A stretch of DNA of 63,132 nt, the filler included, from Globobulimina sp. (lineage: Eukaryota): NCBI GenBank assembly GCA_003354225.1. It is 28 parts of 28 records of this genome, joined end to end, with 100 filler letters (N's around TTAATTAATTAA, not from the genome) between each part and the next. Parts side by side here need not be neighbours in the genome. Positions count along the whole stretch, not along the records: positions 11,301 to 13,459 come from PIVH01008543.1; positions 13,560 to 15,718 come from PIVH01008544.1; positions 15,819 to 17,977 come from PIVH01008545.1; positions 18,078 to 20,236 come from PIVH01008546.1; positions 20,337 to 22,495 come from PIVH01008547.1; positions 22,596 to 24,754 come from PIVH01008548.1; positions 24,855 to 27,013 come from PIVH01008549.1; 21 more parts are not named here. One strand, given 5' to 3'. The notes under the pieces were generated by a model. It had not been told where the DNA came from. It did not search any database and saw only the letters and a list, made by a program, of their open reading frames with translations. Within the stretch, counting starts at the first letter, position 1, and every line of letters begins with the position of its first letter. The translations under genes and the position numbers were made by a program. Of the stretch, positions 11,301 through 24,961 are shown in pieces.

Positions 11301-13459
11301 ACTTCAACAGAAATAACCTCAAAATTATGTTCTTGATTCAATAAATTCCTTCTCCTCATTCCATCGCTGTTCCTTTCTTCATTCAATCCATTATTCATAT
11401 TTGATTCGAATGCAGTTTTGAATGTTTCTGAAGCAAATCGTTCCGACAAAAACTGTTTATATTCATCCAATGATCGGTCTGCTACAATTCCAAAAGTGCC
11501 AACAGCATTATATTTATATTTATACTCTTTGTCATTCTCAGTATAACCAAATGAGGGACAACTTGTGGCCAACTCCACGTCGTTAAATACTGAACAAATT
11601 TGAAAATCTATAATCCCAGCTCTTGTCCATTCTGCATATTGCCAAATATCGCCATCCTCATAATGCGGAGAGTGGTGGATTGTGGATTGTATTGTTGTTA
11701 AAGTAGCATTTGACATTATTTCCGCATATTTCAATAATGTCATTTGAATTGTATAATATTTGATGTCTTCGTCATTGTATTTACACAAAAATATTAAACC
11801 AAAATAAAAATGGGTTGGTGATGCCGTTGGTAATGATGTTGTCGGTGATAATGTGGTCGGTGATAATGTTGTCGGTGATAATATTGTCGGTGATAATGTG
11901 GTCGGTGATAATGTTGTCGGTGATAATGTTGTCGGTGATAATGTTGTCGTTGTTGTGTTTGTCGGATTTTGAGTTGTTGTGTTTGTCGAAAAATGTTTGG
12001 ATGGTGAACTTGTTGGAGAATCTGTTGTAAGTGTTGTTGGAGATTTAGATGGAGCAGATGAAGGTATTTTGGATGGTGACTTTGTTGGTGGTATACTAGG
12101 GCTACTTGTTGAGTTTGAAGATGGTTGACTTGGATTATTTGATGGAGCAAATGTTGGATTTGTTGGTGATTCAGTGGGTAGTACAGGAATAATAGGAGAG
12201 TCTGTAGGATTTTGAGTGGGTATTGTTGTTGGATTATTTGATGGAACAAATGTTGGTGCGTCCGTTGGATGTGTTGGTTGCGTGGTTGGTCGGACTGGAG
12301 CCATTGATGGAGCATACGTTGGTGCTGAAGTAGGCTCATTTGTTGTTGGAGCAGATGTTGGTGATGGACTTGGAGCTATTGTATTAATTACACATTGCTG
12401 ATAAGAACTGTATGTTAATCCATTGACAATGTCGTTAACCACAGCAGCAACCGTCACCGCCGCAGATATCTCATGACCAATACTGGCATTATACACATTC
12501 CATCGATTGAGCTCAATTGCGGGCATTATAACTGTCTCGAAATACACCCCGTTCGGATAACTAATAGTTACATTTTCATACCAATATATATTTGCTGTTC
12601 TGTTGCCGTCAGTAAACACATTATAAACTGCACAATTAACTGGTTCTGGTAACAATACACAGGAACAATTTGATAAATAATAATGATTAGACGCGGAACA
12701 TTTACACAAATCAGTGCCAACATCGCAAGTTGCTGCAGAATCTCCATTAGATTTACATTCAGTTAAAATACACGACGTATCACATTGCGGTGCCATTGTT
12801 GGTGAATACGAAGGTGATTTTGTTGGTGCAATGGTTGGAACAGCTATGCAATGAATGTCATATTGTCCGTACTCTGGATAGCTAAACAGCAATGAAGTGC
12901 TTTCACCCTTTGCCAAATCAACCCAACTTGAACTGGATAAATCAGTCGATGCATAATAAGCGCTAGGACAAGGAGTGGGATATGAGGCCTGACATTGCCA
13001 ATTGAACATAAGTGGGTTGAAAGTCCAATAATAAGTTGCTGCAGCATTTGACCAGGCGTTGTCGCCAACTTTTGTAACAAACGGACCATTGCAGGGTGCA
13101 CTCACAGACGTTATAACTTGATCGCAATTCCATGTCGGACATGGACCGGCAGAAACATTGACGTTTGGATCAATTTGGCTGGGGATTCTCCATAAATTGT
13201 TACATGGTGTGGTTGGATCATTGCTGGTGGTACTGCATGATGCAAAATATGATGACAAACCTAATTCAGTAGATATGAACCATGCATTAGGCCCGATGTG
13301 ATAATATAAATATAATGTTGAGTGTCCTGTGCACGATGGATTCTCTGTTTTGGTATAATATGGCCGAGCATTGTACGTCCCAGAATATAAATATAATCCG
13401 TTCAAGTGTGTATTGCCGTTTCCTCTGCCCCACAGACATACATCTGGTAATTAACAAAT
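11301..13459 (-). CDS. Mucin-like extracellular protein: Cys-rich modules plus PT/PS-repeat stalk, partial at both ends
   Basis: Open across the contig; many PTxxPS/T repeats, EGF-like Cys cluster, RRRNLL motif. Confidence 0.8.
11841..11945 (-). repeat. 15-bp coding tandem repeat x7 encoding (TTLSP)n
   Basis: GTCGGTGATAATGTK units on the + strand. Confidence 0.95.
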
Positions 13460-14118
13460 NNNNNNNNNNNNNNNNNNNNNNNNNNNNNNNNNNNNNNNNN
13501 NNNTTAATTAATTAANNNNNNNNNNNNNNNNNNNNNNNNNNNNNNNNNNNNNNNNNNNNTAGAAAATCAATTTGAAACAAAAAAACAGTTTGCGATCCAT
13601 ATATGATTTTGGGTTTGCGATAAATATATACAAAATATTTATTGTTTGTATATGTTTGCCTGCTTAAAATCCGTATAGATCCAAAAATGTTTTTTTTTTC
13701 TGAGTGAACTAGTCAGCCATTTTTTTTTTGTTTTTTTTAAGTATTAAGAATAAAGAATCCCGTTTTGGAAATGAATGTTTTGCTTTTTGCAGGCATGCAT
13801 AGAATGAATATGTCACTGTTAATTTCTTACACATTCTGCAGTTTCATCTTGGCTCTGGGCTGTGACTGTTCTTATTTTGTGCCATATAAATTGAGATCAG
13901 GACCTAGGTAAATAAGTGCATGGAGAGCATCGATCGAACGAATAAAACCATAAAATAAACACAACAGTAAATTGATATCAACAAACAATGCAGAAACAAG
14001 CAACAAACAAAAAAACAATAACATATTTTCGTTATACATTAAAATATGCAATCTCAATATCACAAAGAAACAGATACTTTCGTGCATATATATACAGCTG
14101 CAGACACAATATAAATTC

Positions 14119-15718
14119 TCAAGATATAACTTTAAATTGGCAGTCTCCGGAATATAATATAATAGGATAATATGTTGTATCTTTTTCAATCGACACTGTT
14201 TTTCTCACTTGTTTGTCATTCAAAAAGAATTTAATTGATGATTTGGCCAAATTTAAACATATTTTAATAATATCGCCTTGTATCCATTGCCTTTGGTGGA
14301 TATTTAACGAAGACAAATCTTTATTACATCTCACCGTATTATCCGCATTAAAAGACGCATAATAAAAATTATGTTGTGTTCTTTTATATTTCTTATTCTT
14401 ATTCAATGCCATTAATTTATTATATCCATAGACACATCTTGCACCAAATTGTTGTGTATCACAGATTCCATATTCATTCATACAAATATCCACATCAAAA
14501 TTGCTAATTATACCAAATTCCTGTCTGTAGTGTGAACATTTTAGTAGTTTTATTTTCCATTCATGGCAGCCACTATTTATTGCAAATCCGGTCGATGATA
14601 ATATATATTTATTCTGTGCTGCTCGCCATTTATTTGTGCAACAAACATCAAACTGTATCTCATTATGCATGTGTTCATATTTATTTTCCTTTTCATATTC
14701 AATATCGTCAGAATCATAATCAACGTCTTCAAAAACACTCAAAACCACCACACTGTCATGTTTGTCATGTTTTTGCTGCAGATTAATATTTATGTCGTTG
14801 CTCAAAATATTTCTGACTCTGGCAATGGATTGGAATTCTTCTGAACTATAAAAACCAGACAAAATTGAGGTTTGTATTAATTTCTGTATTTCTACAACAG
14901 ATATATTAAATATTTGTGCCTTTTCGCTCAATGACAATTGTTTAAATGTTTGATGAATATGCATGACATTTGTAAAGCAGTTAAAACTTAAAGGAGTACG
15001 GGGGTTAATTACTGATAATAATATGATGTATGATATGATCCAGAAACAGAAACAAATAATATGTGTTTTTGTAATGTGCAAAGGCATTATTCGCATATAT
15101 TTGTATTGTTACGTACTTATGATTTGCGTGCATAGCATGTTATAAACATTACAAAAACGCGTATGATATGTTTCTGTTTCCTGAACATAGAAATGTTGCT
15201 ATGTACAAACATATTATTATACAAATTGCAGTAATTACATACTTCCATACCTTAAATTAATTTGTTTCTGTGCAGTATGTGTGATATATTTATTATAAAT
15301 GGATGTAATTTGGACATCGATTTTCTCCTTTTCGACGAGATTAATTTGCGAATCTGAGTGGAAGATTAATAAATCGTTAATTGTTTTATTTAATGCACAC
15401 ACTGACTGTAAAAATAATATATTTTCTTCATTGAATTGCCGTGTCATGAAAAGAGTTAATGTCTGTAATAATTCATCATCGTCAGATATAAATGTTAAGT
15501 TTGGCCGCCATTTTGATTTAATTTTCGTGTCGTTGTTGATTTTGATGAGTTCTGTCATTCTCTGAACGTTGTTGTTTTTGGTCAATTTCGTGTGCACTTT
15601 GTTGAAGAAATTACGGATTGCAATGTTTGAACGCGATCCTACACTCCTTGGAGACTCATTTTTTTTTGATGGTTGTGGCGTGGGTGGGGTTATAATAATG
15701 GATGTTTTTTTAAATGCT
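14119..15718 (-). CDS. RGS domain + SPRY/B30.2 domain protein, 5'-partial (intron 14987-15250)
   Basis: FMTRQFNEENILF...IYNKYI...KQINL splices to SFNCF...IFNISVVEIQKLIQTSILSGFYSS, completing the RGS; C-terminal SGCHEWKIK...GDIIKICLNL...IKFFLND...YYPII is SPRY. Confidence 0.85.
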
Positions 15719-16320
15719 NNNNNNNNNNNNNNNNNNNNNNNNNNNNNNNNNNNNNNNNNNNNTTAATTAATTAANNNNNNNNNNNNNNNNNNNNNNNNNN
15801 NNNNNNNNNNNNNNNNNNCATTGCCACAGTAATGAACTAAAATATTGTCAATATCGTCACAATATAATGCAACATGTATACGTGTAGCATCCCAACTAAA
15901 TTCATCCACACAATATTCATCCGGTATATCTGTCGCTGAATGGTATACAAGTTGATTTGGTTTAATTTCGTTCAATTTGGTAAACGAGTATAATATGGTA
16001 TATATACTCAACATTTAAATGTCAGCTGCGCTGCATTATTACCATACATTTTGAATTGAATAATTGCAAATAATAACCACTGAATGGATAAAAAACACCA
16101 TCCATTAACCGTCAATAATCTCATATCCATTAGTTATAAAGTTTTTTGTTAAAGTTTTTAGCACGTTAAGTTATCATGCACGTACATCAAGAATGGGCAC
16201 CAAGATCTAGACGCTCTGCCACCAGACCAGTCAGTTCGTATTAACCATATCCCCTCCGTCATATTTTACAAACAACTGCTATATTTTGCAATTTACACAG
16301 GACGTTTTACAGCATCTAAA

Positions 16321-17684
16321 TTCATCGGTTATACCATTCTAGGATTCGCAAACTTTCTCATGTTATTCTTTGCATTGATACATTCACCAAATGCGGACCC
16401 CAAACAACCAAATGTTGTCGCAAATATCATAGCTAACCAACAGCCATTAACACGCAAAATGTCATTGCCAGTCCCGAATATAATGAACGACCCCGTAATC
16501 CATGGCATTCCCATCGAAAAGTTGCCCTTTACAGAGCTTACAGTCAATAACAAAGATCCAAACAGAATGCACACTGCCATTGACCCCCAGCAGTTATATA
16601 AGTTTGACTGGTCACAGGAAGCAACAGGTTGACATCTATAAAAACTATCCATTACACACACTCCAAACAAAAACACATCATTCGAATCGAATGCATACAT
16701 ACAGGCTCAGAATCAATTTACATTTCAATTCCATCATTGAACGATCCGGATTGCAATGAAACCATTGCTTCTGCTTTTGGTCAGAGCTCAAACCCCGACA
16801 GAATATATTTTGGTCTCTACGAGCAAAACGCAGCAAACTCCGGCTTGGATTGTTTAGATTTCAGTGGCGTGAATTGCCCGTTTCATCCGATCTGTTCTCG
16901 CATGGATCACATTCGAATCACAAGGGTCGATGTGGCAGAGTCTAAAGGACCAACATGGGGCAGATACCACGCTGATAAGTTATATGGCGGACAGCAATTT
17001 ATTTTGGTGAGCGACTCGCATACTTTTTTCAGAGCTTATTGGGATATGCTACTCTTAGCTCTGTGGTACAAAACAGCCAACCAATATGGCATAATTTCAC
17101 ATTATCCCAAACCGGATCAGTCCATCAAAAATGATATGCATCGGTGGTATGCGGAGAAAAGCCAACATCCAATGAGTTATCATATTTGTGGTTCTCTTTA
17201 CGAGTCGCCGCCAAATCATATGCCACGGAATGCAAATGGATGCTATGTGCACCTGCAGCATCGAGATAAGTTGCAAAGCACATTGGTCCCATTCTGGGCG
17301 GCCGGGTTTTCCTTTTCTAAATCGCACATTCGAGAGCATGTGAAATGGGATCCACATACAACGTACATATTCCATGGCGAAGAATTCCATTTTAGTACTC
17401 GGGCCTGGACGCATGGCTACGATTTCTACTCTCCACCGTTTGACATTGCATTCCATCGCTATTATGATAAGAGTCGGACGGCGAGGTTCAATATAAATAA
17501 TGTGCGGAATGCGGAGTCGAATGCAAAGAGGGATGCGGCAGAGAAGAGAGTCAATGCATTGTGGGGTTTGTTGGAGCTACGCAGCCCAATGGATGTGGAT
17601 AAAGCGGATTTGCAGGATATTGATTTGTATCCATTGGGAGATAAAAGATCATTGTCTGATTATTGGAGATTTTGTGGTATTTAA
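16321..17684 (+). CDS. GT60-family alpha-GlcNAc transferase with type II membrane anchor (intron 16628-16704; true start further upstream)
   Basis: IYISIPSLNDPDC, ESKGPTWGRY, ILVSDSH (DxH), ISHYP, FWAAGFSF, FHGEEF...RAWTHGYDFYSP; N-terminal TM FIGYTILGFANFLMLFFALI. Confidence 0.9.
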
Positions 17685-18462
17685 GTGATGTCGCATGCAA
17701 AAATGCTATGAAATATGCAAATTCTTTTTATTTAGCGATGGTACGCAGAGATATTGCGGATATTTTATTGGAAAAAATATCGCATTGTTTCATGATGTTG
17801 CTTTATAACACTTATCCAACGCATTTGATGTGTTCGCTTGAGACGAAAATACAAGAAACGAAAATACAAAAATTGGTGTTTTCAATTGTCACTTTTTTTT
17901 TCATCTTCATTTAAATTTTACAAATTATTATTCGTGTTTCATAATTTCCAGGATACATTTCAAGAATTTCTTCATCTNNNNNNNNNNNNNNNNNNNNNNN
18001 NNNNNNNNNNNNNNNNNNNNNTTAATTAATTAANNNNNNNNNNNNNNNNNNNNNNNNNNNNNNNNNNNNNNNNNNNNTTATCATCATCTTTTTTGTCCCA
18101 CCACTCTTCAAAAAATTCCCTTGTTTGTTTACCAATACTTGTTTGTTTACCGTTGCCGCTATTTTCCTCTTGTTTGTCTATCGTTTTAATTGTAGCTTCT
18201 TTTGATGTGATATCTTTGATTGGTGCATTTGAAATTAAATACCGATAATTTTTAAACGACTTTCCTAATGTTGTTCGTACCAAATCGGGATATTCTGTGC
18301 GGATTTGCGTGAATAATTGAGATAAATAATTGATTTGCGTGAATAATAAGTTAAATTCATAAATAAATACCTTTGCTAACTAATAAATAAATTGCAGTAC
18401 AAAATGCTCGGAATTTTTCACCATGCTCTTCCTGTGTTTGTGTCGTTAGATCCGCCATAGCG

Positions 18463-18930
18463 ATGTTTCGAGTAAAAAAACGTTTAAGCAAAAGATTAAA
18501 TATGGACAACAATAATGACTTACCACCACGGACTCCAATTTGTAGTCCAATGAATAATGATATAAATTTGCATCATACAATGATAGATGCAACTATGGAT
18601 GCTATGAACGAAATTTGGGAAGAGATCGAAGCTATTAACGCATACGCACATGAATTGGAAGTTGAATGGATATTAGAAACACAAGAATACTTCATAACAA
18701 AATATATAGACGTATTGGATGATGAAGAAATAGAGGAACAAACGCGATTGGAATGGTTAACGCAAGAACAAATACAATTGGAAATGGAAGAATGTTTGGA
18801 AGGGCTAAGAAGAGAATATAAAGAAAGTTTGGAAGCGGAGTTAAAGGAAGAATCACATTGTTTGGAAATTTGGATATGTTCATTGAGTTTATTAAAAATA
18901 AGGAATAGAGAATTGGCTGCTATTAATTGA
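18463..18930 (+). CDS. Hypothetical acidic helical protein
   Basis: 155-aa ATG-started Glu-rich ORF. Confidence 0.5.
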   Translation: MFRVKKRLSKRLNMDNNNDLPPRTPICSPMNNDINLHHTMIDATMDAMNEIWEEIEAINAYAHELEVEWILETQEYFITKYIDVLDDEEIEEQTRLEWLTQEQIQLEMEECLEGLRREYKESLEAELKEESHCLEIWICSLSLLKIRNRELAAIN

Positions 18931-19229
18931 TATGTATTTTTATTTAATATGTTTACAACTTCTGTCCATGCAAATCACGTTTTTTTAATTATACTCCAAC
19001 TTAAATGTCTAGGCTATCCTATACTATCCTGTCTAGGACAAAAAAGTTTGAATTTTCTGACGCTGCAAGTATTGAACTACACCGTAGTAGTGCATTTTTT
19101 TTTCATTTCATTCATACAACTTTTTTTTCTATGCATTTTCATCATTGCTGAAAATCGTAAATTTGGTAACATTGACCACAATACAAAAAGAAAAGTCTAA
19201 ATACATTCAAATCACAGTGAGATGCAACA

Positions 19230-19864
19230 CTATGTATCTTTCTCCTTCTTGATCTCCTTTGGTTTTGTAGCGATGGCTTTGGCTTCCAAATATGTAGCGA
19301 GGCCCCTTTGTAATCCGGCAATTTCTCGTTCCTTTTCTTCTATTTGTTGTTTGAGTTGATAACATGCAAATCTTGCACGCCCGATATCTCTTATATGCGC
19401 GTCTTTAATTCTCCTATAATCCTGATCTTTTGCCGCATAATCTGCTTCTTTTGCTTCAAGTTTCCCATAAATGTATTTATATTCGGAGGCCAAGCGCTCT
19501 GTATAGTTATAACTTATAATACAAATGTACAGATACCATATCCAAATAGTACAACGATACCTTTTGTTATGTCTTTGGTTTGATTATCAGACATTGGCTT
19601 TCTTGAAAAGGGATCCAATGGTGGCGGTATGGCGACGCTTCTGCATGCATAGTCAAGATGCGCGAATGGTGATATATATGTGGACGGCGGACGTGGCGAT
19701 CCATTTTGTGTCGAATTCGCAACAAAATATTTGAAATCGAGTGGCGATCCACTATTATTACGATTGCTATGATTGTTATTATTACGATTACTATTGCTAT
19801 TGCTATGATTGACTTTATTTGGTGATCGTGATCTTGACCTTGATCTAGAACGTGACCGACTCAT
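19230..19864 (-). CDS. RS-dipeptide N-terminus plus coiled-coil protein (intron 19499-19560)
   Basis: MSRSRSRSRSRSRSP start; exact intron joins ...DITK-E-RLASEY... in frame. Confidence 0.7.
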
Positions 19865-20336
19865 GATTCAGTTAAATGTTTTTGAAAAGATTAAATATCA
19901 TCGTTTTAGTCTGCCAAAGAATTGAGGCAAGCAATCCTTGCATTACTGAATTGTAATAGAATAGCTGCCTTAATACGTACGCGCATTTAACATCTAATTA
20001 AAAAAAAAGTTTATTGATTTATTGCGCGATTATTTCAAATTTATTGATTTTATTTCAAATTTACTCTGTTGATCCATCATCATCTGATTCACAGTCAGAT
20101 AAAACCATTATTTCTTTCCCATTTGAATCCGAGCTAAACCTCACATTGTCCAATACCCATTGCCTTTTTTTAGCCCTCCGTGCGGGCGACATTCGCAGGG
20201 AGAAACCTGCTTGCCACCGACGAGTCTGCCTGATTCNNNNNNNNNNNNNNNNNNNNNNNNNNNNNNNNNNNNNNNNNNNNTTAATTAATTAANNNNNNNN
20301 NNNNNNNNNNNNNNNNNNNNNNNNNNNNNNNNNNNN

Positions 20337-21725
20337 TGACTTAATACAGAAATTGAGTGTGGACAAATTGCGCAGTTTGCTGCCGTACGTGCCGAGCGAT
20401 GGGGAGTTGCAAATGGTGCGCGACTATGTGAAGAACGGCGGCAATGTGAACGAGCTAAGCAAAGTGGAGCAGTTTTTCGTGAAAATGATGGATATGGTTG
20501 GGATTCGGCAGCGTGTTTCGTTGTGGATCTTCAAATCTGAATTTCCGTCCATCTTAGAAACAGTGCAGCGTCGCTTGACGGGCGTGTCCCAAACCATCGA
20601 CACCTTACGCGACAGCGACAGATTCCGCAAGGTTTTGTACATCATCTTAGTGATCGGCAACTATTTGAACTGCGGCAGTTCGCGGGGCAACGCCTTTGGC
20701 TTTCTGATGGAGCCCACGTTGGACTTATTGGACGGCACCAAATCGGCGGACACGAAGACCAGTTTAATGTTGCAAGTGGTGGAGACCATCGATGACATCG
20801 AGCCCGACGCTCTGAAATGGATCCAAGACACAGAAATTTTGGAGCGGACTTTCAAAATCAAAACAAACGGGATTTTGAACGATTTGGATGCCATTAAGCG
20901 GGATATGGGCGCCATTGAGAAGTACTTGAAAGCGCAGCGAAGGACGATGACCAAAATGGCGTCGGATTGGGCGAAGGACGGGGCCGCGGTCAGCGTGAAC
21001 CAGATCGCCAGTCACATTCGCAAGTTGTCCAAGAATGGGCCGGCTGCCATGTTCAATGGCTGCGAGACTTACGCCGGACTCAAGTTTCGTACATCCGATC
21101 CAATCCAATCCACTGTTTGCTGCTTTTGACGGAGTCGTTTTGAATAAAATTTGACAGGGTCGGTTTGGGCGGTTTCGGCAAAGTGAGCCCAGATTTTAGC
21201 AAACATGGCGAGGCGAAGCAGGACGAGGATGAGGACGACGAGGACGATGAGATCGAGAATGTGTTCGGGAAAGTCATGATATTATTCCATAAGAAGCAAA
21301 ATTCCAAAGTGACGGAGGTCGAGACATTTTTGAAGAAAACGCAGGTTGATTTGAAGAAAATGGCGCAATATTTTGGATTCGAGGAAGGCAAGAAATGGGA
21401 GGAGGTGTTTGTGGTTTTTTATTTGTTTCGGGAGCAGTTTATGAAGGCTTTGAGGGAAATGACGATAAAGAGACAGAAACTGGAAAGGAAGCGGAACCAA
21501 AAAAAAACCAAAGATCAGTTGGCGGCGAAATTGGCGCATCAGCCCAAGAAAGAAGATGTGGTCAAGACGTTGAACCTGGATTTGGACGCTCATGACGGCG
21601 ATGACGCGAAATCGGCGGAAGGCGGACCGGGACAGTCGCAAAAAGGGAAAGCGTCTGCGATGTACGCGGCGTTTAAGAAAAGCAAAAAAGGAAGTTCGGC
21701 GCACTCCAAAATTCTTGACGTATAG
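20337..21725 (+). CDS. Formin FH2 domain C-terminal part, 5'-partial (intron 21084-21157)
   Basis: LSKVEQFF, ILVIGNYLNCGSSRGNAFGF, LDGTKSADTKTSLM, KMAQYFG...EEVFVVFYLFREQF. Confidence 0.92.
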
Positions 21726-22294
21726 GAAATTAAATGTATCATATTGTTGCTTTAAATTTGTACATAACTGATATTAAAGATATTATTAGAATGTCAGACT
21801 TATTTAATATCCTTTTCTTTTTGTTTTTGTTTTTTGTTGTGAAGTCGTAATGTTTTTTGGTATGAAATTAATAAATAAATAAACCTTGCCAATCACAAAA
21901 GAAGTGTTTAGAAGTTTAAGCCTAAAAAGTCAATTGATTATAAAAATTAATATAATTAATTGAGATTATTTGTGTTATTTGTGCTTTGCGACGGCTTTGT
22001 TGGAGGTGATGCTGTGAAGTGAGAGGTTTTAACTGAGAAAGACAGTTTTGTTGCAGTTTTAAAAAGAGGTAGGACATGGAACAGAAGCAACAGTTACAGG
22101 ATAAACCACAGATTAATACTCAAATCGATGAACAGAAGGATATAAAAATGTATGGTTTCTGTGTGGCATTGTCCATAAATTAAATAGTCAATTCGTTTAA
22201 ACTCGAATCCTATTTATCATTGGGTTTAGCTATTTAATTTCTGGATATCGATAACAATTAAATACCAATTACAAAAACGCATGCAAACTACAGT

Positions 22295-22495
22295 CCAGAT
22301 GATATCTACGAAATATTTCCTTATTTGTTTTTAGCATCTTTTCCAGCAACCAAACAATACAAAGCGATGAAAGCAATGAAACTGACCGATATTATAAGTG
22401 TTACCGATGAGCCATCTAATCGACCAACAGAAGAACAATACAAACTATTCAATATCCTCTATTTGCCATTATCGGATGAAAAGGGATTTGATATC
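22295..22495 (+). CDS. Dual-specificity phosphatase, N-terminal fragment
   Basis: DIYEIFPYLFLAS...KLTDIISVT...ILYLPLSDEKGFDI; the catalytic HCxxGxxR is cut off by the contig end. Confidence 0.7.
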
Positions 22496-22759
22496 NNNNN
22501 NNNNNNNNNNNNNNNNNNNNNNNNNNNNNNNNNNNNNNNTTAATTAATTAANNNNNNNNNNNNNNNNNNNNNNNNNNNNNNNNNNNNNNNNNNNNAAGCT
22601 GTATAAATCTGCGGATACTGCACTCTGTACATGTGCCGGAAACGGAATGCATGTCAACGAAATGAACAAATTAGGAAAAGTGTACACGAAAATTTATTTA
22701 GATAATGTCTCGTGTACACATTTCCTTTATTCGTTTAATATAAAATCCGGTACAACAAT

Positions 22760-24749
22760 TTAAATACGCATACCTTGATCAGCAGTACTATGCTCATCGC
22801 CATTCTGTATGCCGTCGACCCGTCCATCATTGTTACGGGTTGGAGCCATACTTAGTTCTAATACAGCTGTGGTGGGCCCAACCGTAGTCGGTTGGGATGT
22901 GGTTGGATTTGAAGTTGTTGGCACAGCAGTTGTCGGCGTAGATGTTGGCTGAAATGTGGTTGGTTGTGAGCTTGGCGCACGGCTTGGATTTGAGGTTTGG
23001 CCATAAAATGTTGGAGCATTGCTTGGATTTGAAGTGGTTGGAACAGCAGTTGTTGGCTCAGTAGTTGTCGGCGATGTAGTTGGATAACCTGTGGTTGGTT
23101 CAGCTGTGGTTGGGGCGAAGGTAGGCATTGCAGTTGGGTTTGAAGTCGGTGTTTCCGTTATAACTGTTCCGGATAAATACCAATCAGACATATAACAGCA
23201 ATTAGTTGCAGTGTCTCCCACTGTTTCTATTCTAACTGCGACATTATTTGCATCCCATGTGGCTGGCTCCAAAAATACTGTCTCGTCAACAATATGATCT
23301 GCGCTGTGATATTGTGCTCCGATGGGTGTCCAGTTAATGGCATCCACACTATACGAGACCTCACAATATGTGTTTGGTAGTGTCATAGACCATGGATACA
23401 CAGAGAATGTAAGAGCAATGTTTTGAAAACCTTGCGTAGAGACACTTCTATCCGCAGTGAAACCTCTGCCCATATTATAATTAGCAGCGCAAAGAGCCCA
23501 ACATGTTGTAATACTGTTTTATAATTTGCTTAGATTGAGTGGCTGTGCCACAGATAAAATATATAAGTCAACAATACCTATTTAGCGGGCAACCACCATC
23601 TAAACCATCGCGATACGCTAAAGTGGTCTTCGACGATGTTGTCCAATTACTTGTAGAAAAAACAACCATTTCTTGGTGCCATAATGTCACTAAATCAGGG
23701 TCTAAAGTCGGTGCTGCTGTGGTTGGAGCAGCTATATACATTTCAACACATTTTGGGAAGATTTGTTATATAAATTAAATGCGTTGCAAATACCTGTTGT
23801 TGGTGTTTCTGTTGGTTCAGTTGTGGTTGGAACAGCTATATAAACACAATATATATTAACACAAATGCGACAGAAAAGCAATTGAATTTAACTACAAACC
23901 TGTTGTAGGCGATGACGTTGGAGCTTGTGTGAATACATAATAATCCACTGTGAATTGTGAAATTTCGAACATTTGCCCAATGGAATTGACAGCCAGAAAC
24001 ATTTGTAATCCTTCATTCGTTGGGAAAGCACTGTATCCACATTTTTGTTCAAAGTTTGTTGAAAAAGCAGCAGATTCATAATAAATGTGCATAAACCCCG
24101 GAGTTGGATAATTTATCACAGTGAATTTGATGGGAAACGCGTTGTTTTCTTGCATGGATGGCTGTGGTGCTATATTCAATGGTTCATATTCATCATAATC
24201 TGCACCGGAACAATTATTCATAACATCGCAAATACGATCAGTGTTTGGTAACTGACTTAAAAGACCGGTCATTTTGGTATTTTTTGATGGGTCCGATGAT
24301 GTATCACAAAATGGAGAAATAATATTTGCTTCGGAGTTATCCATAAATAAACGAACCGCAATGTAGTCATCACCGCTGGTGCCTGGATTGGTGAATGCAA
24401 TCATAATATCATCGAATGTGGCTGATGCAATGGTTGGACTGTCGATTTGTACTGTAATTGCTGAGATGAATACGGGATCAAAGCCCCAATTGCCTCCAGG
24501 AGCTGCAGATACACCAAGATGAAACGTATCAGTTTGTGTAACAGTAACTATCCATTTTGCTGGCGGCCAGCCAGATGATATCGAGACTTCGTTAGAACTT
24601 GCGATCACAACTCGTGCTTCATTTGAGATTGCTACATAAGGAGTGAGCACTGCTGTTCTTGTGGGCTGAATTGAAAAGGATATCCCGTTGCAAGTAGCAA
24701 AGAGTATAATGAAACAAATTGAAATGGAAATGCTTCCTAGTGGTGTCAT
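22760..24749 (-). CDS. Secreted/surface PT-repeat glycoprotein, multi-exon (introns about 23836-23899 and 23731-23794)
   Basis: Signal peptide MTPLGSISISICFIILFATCNG; PTTxxPTT repeats; GT-AG introns keep the frame. Confidence 0.75.
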
Positions 24750-24961
24750 GTTTTNNNNNNNNNNNNNNNNNNNNNNNNNNNNNNNNNNNNNNNNNNNNTT
24801 AATTAATTAANNNNNNNNNNNNNNNNNNNNNNNNNNNNNNNNNNNNNNNNNNNNATAATATACAGAAACTAACTTTCAAACTGACTTGCATGTTCATTGT
24901 AAAGTTTTTTGTTTTTTAATTTATCTACACATTTTAACTGAGATTCAATTAATATTACTTA

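Noticed and set aside
11794-12401. Alternative-frame ORFs with QHYHR and VIMLS repeats
   Set aside because: Shadows of the TTLSP/PT repeats in the long mucin ORF
14987-15096. Hydrophobic N-terminus of ORF 14119-15096 as a signal/TM anchor
   Set aside because: Falls inside the intron that splits the RGS domain
18302-18347. GATTTGCGTGAATAAT direct repeat x2 (a similar pair lies at 26259-26300)
   Set aside because: Only two copies in AT-rich DNA; most simply a local duplication
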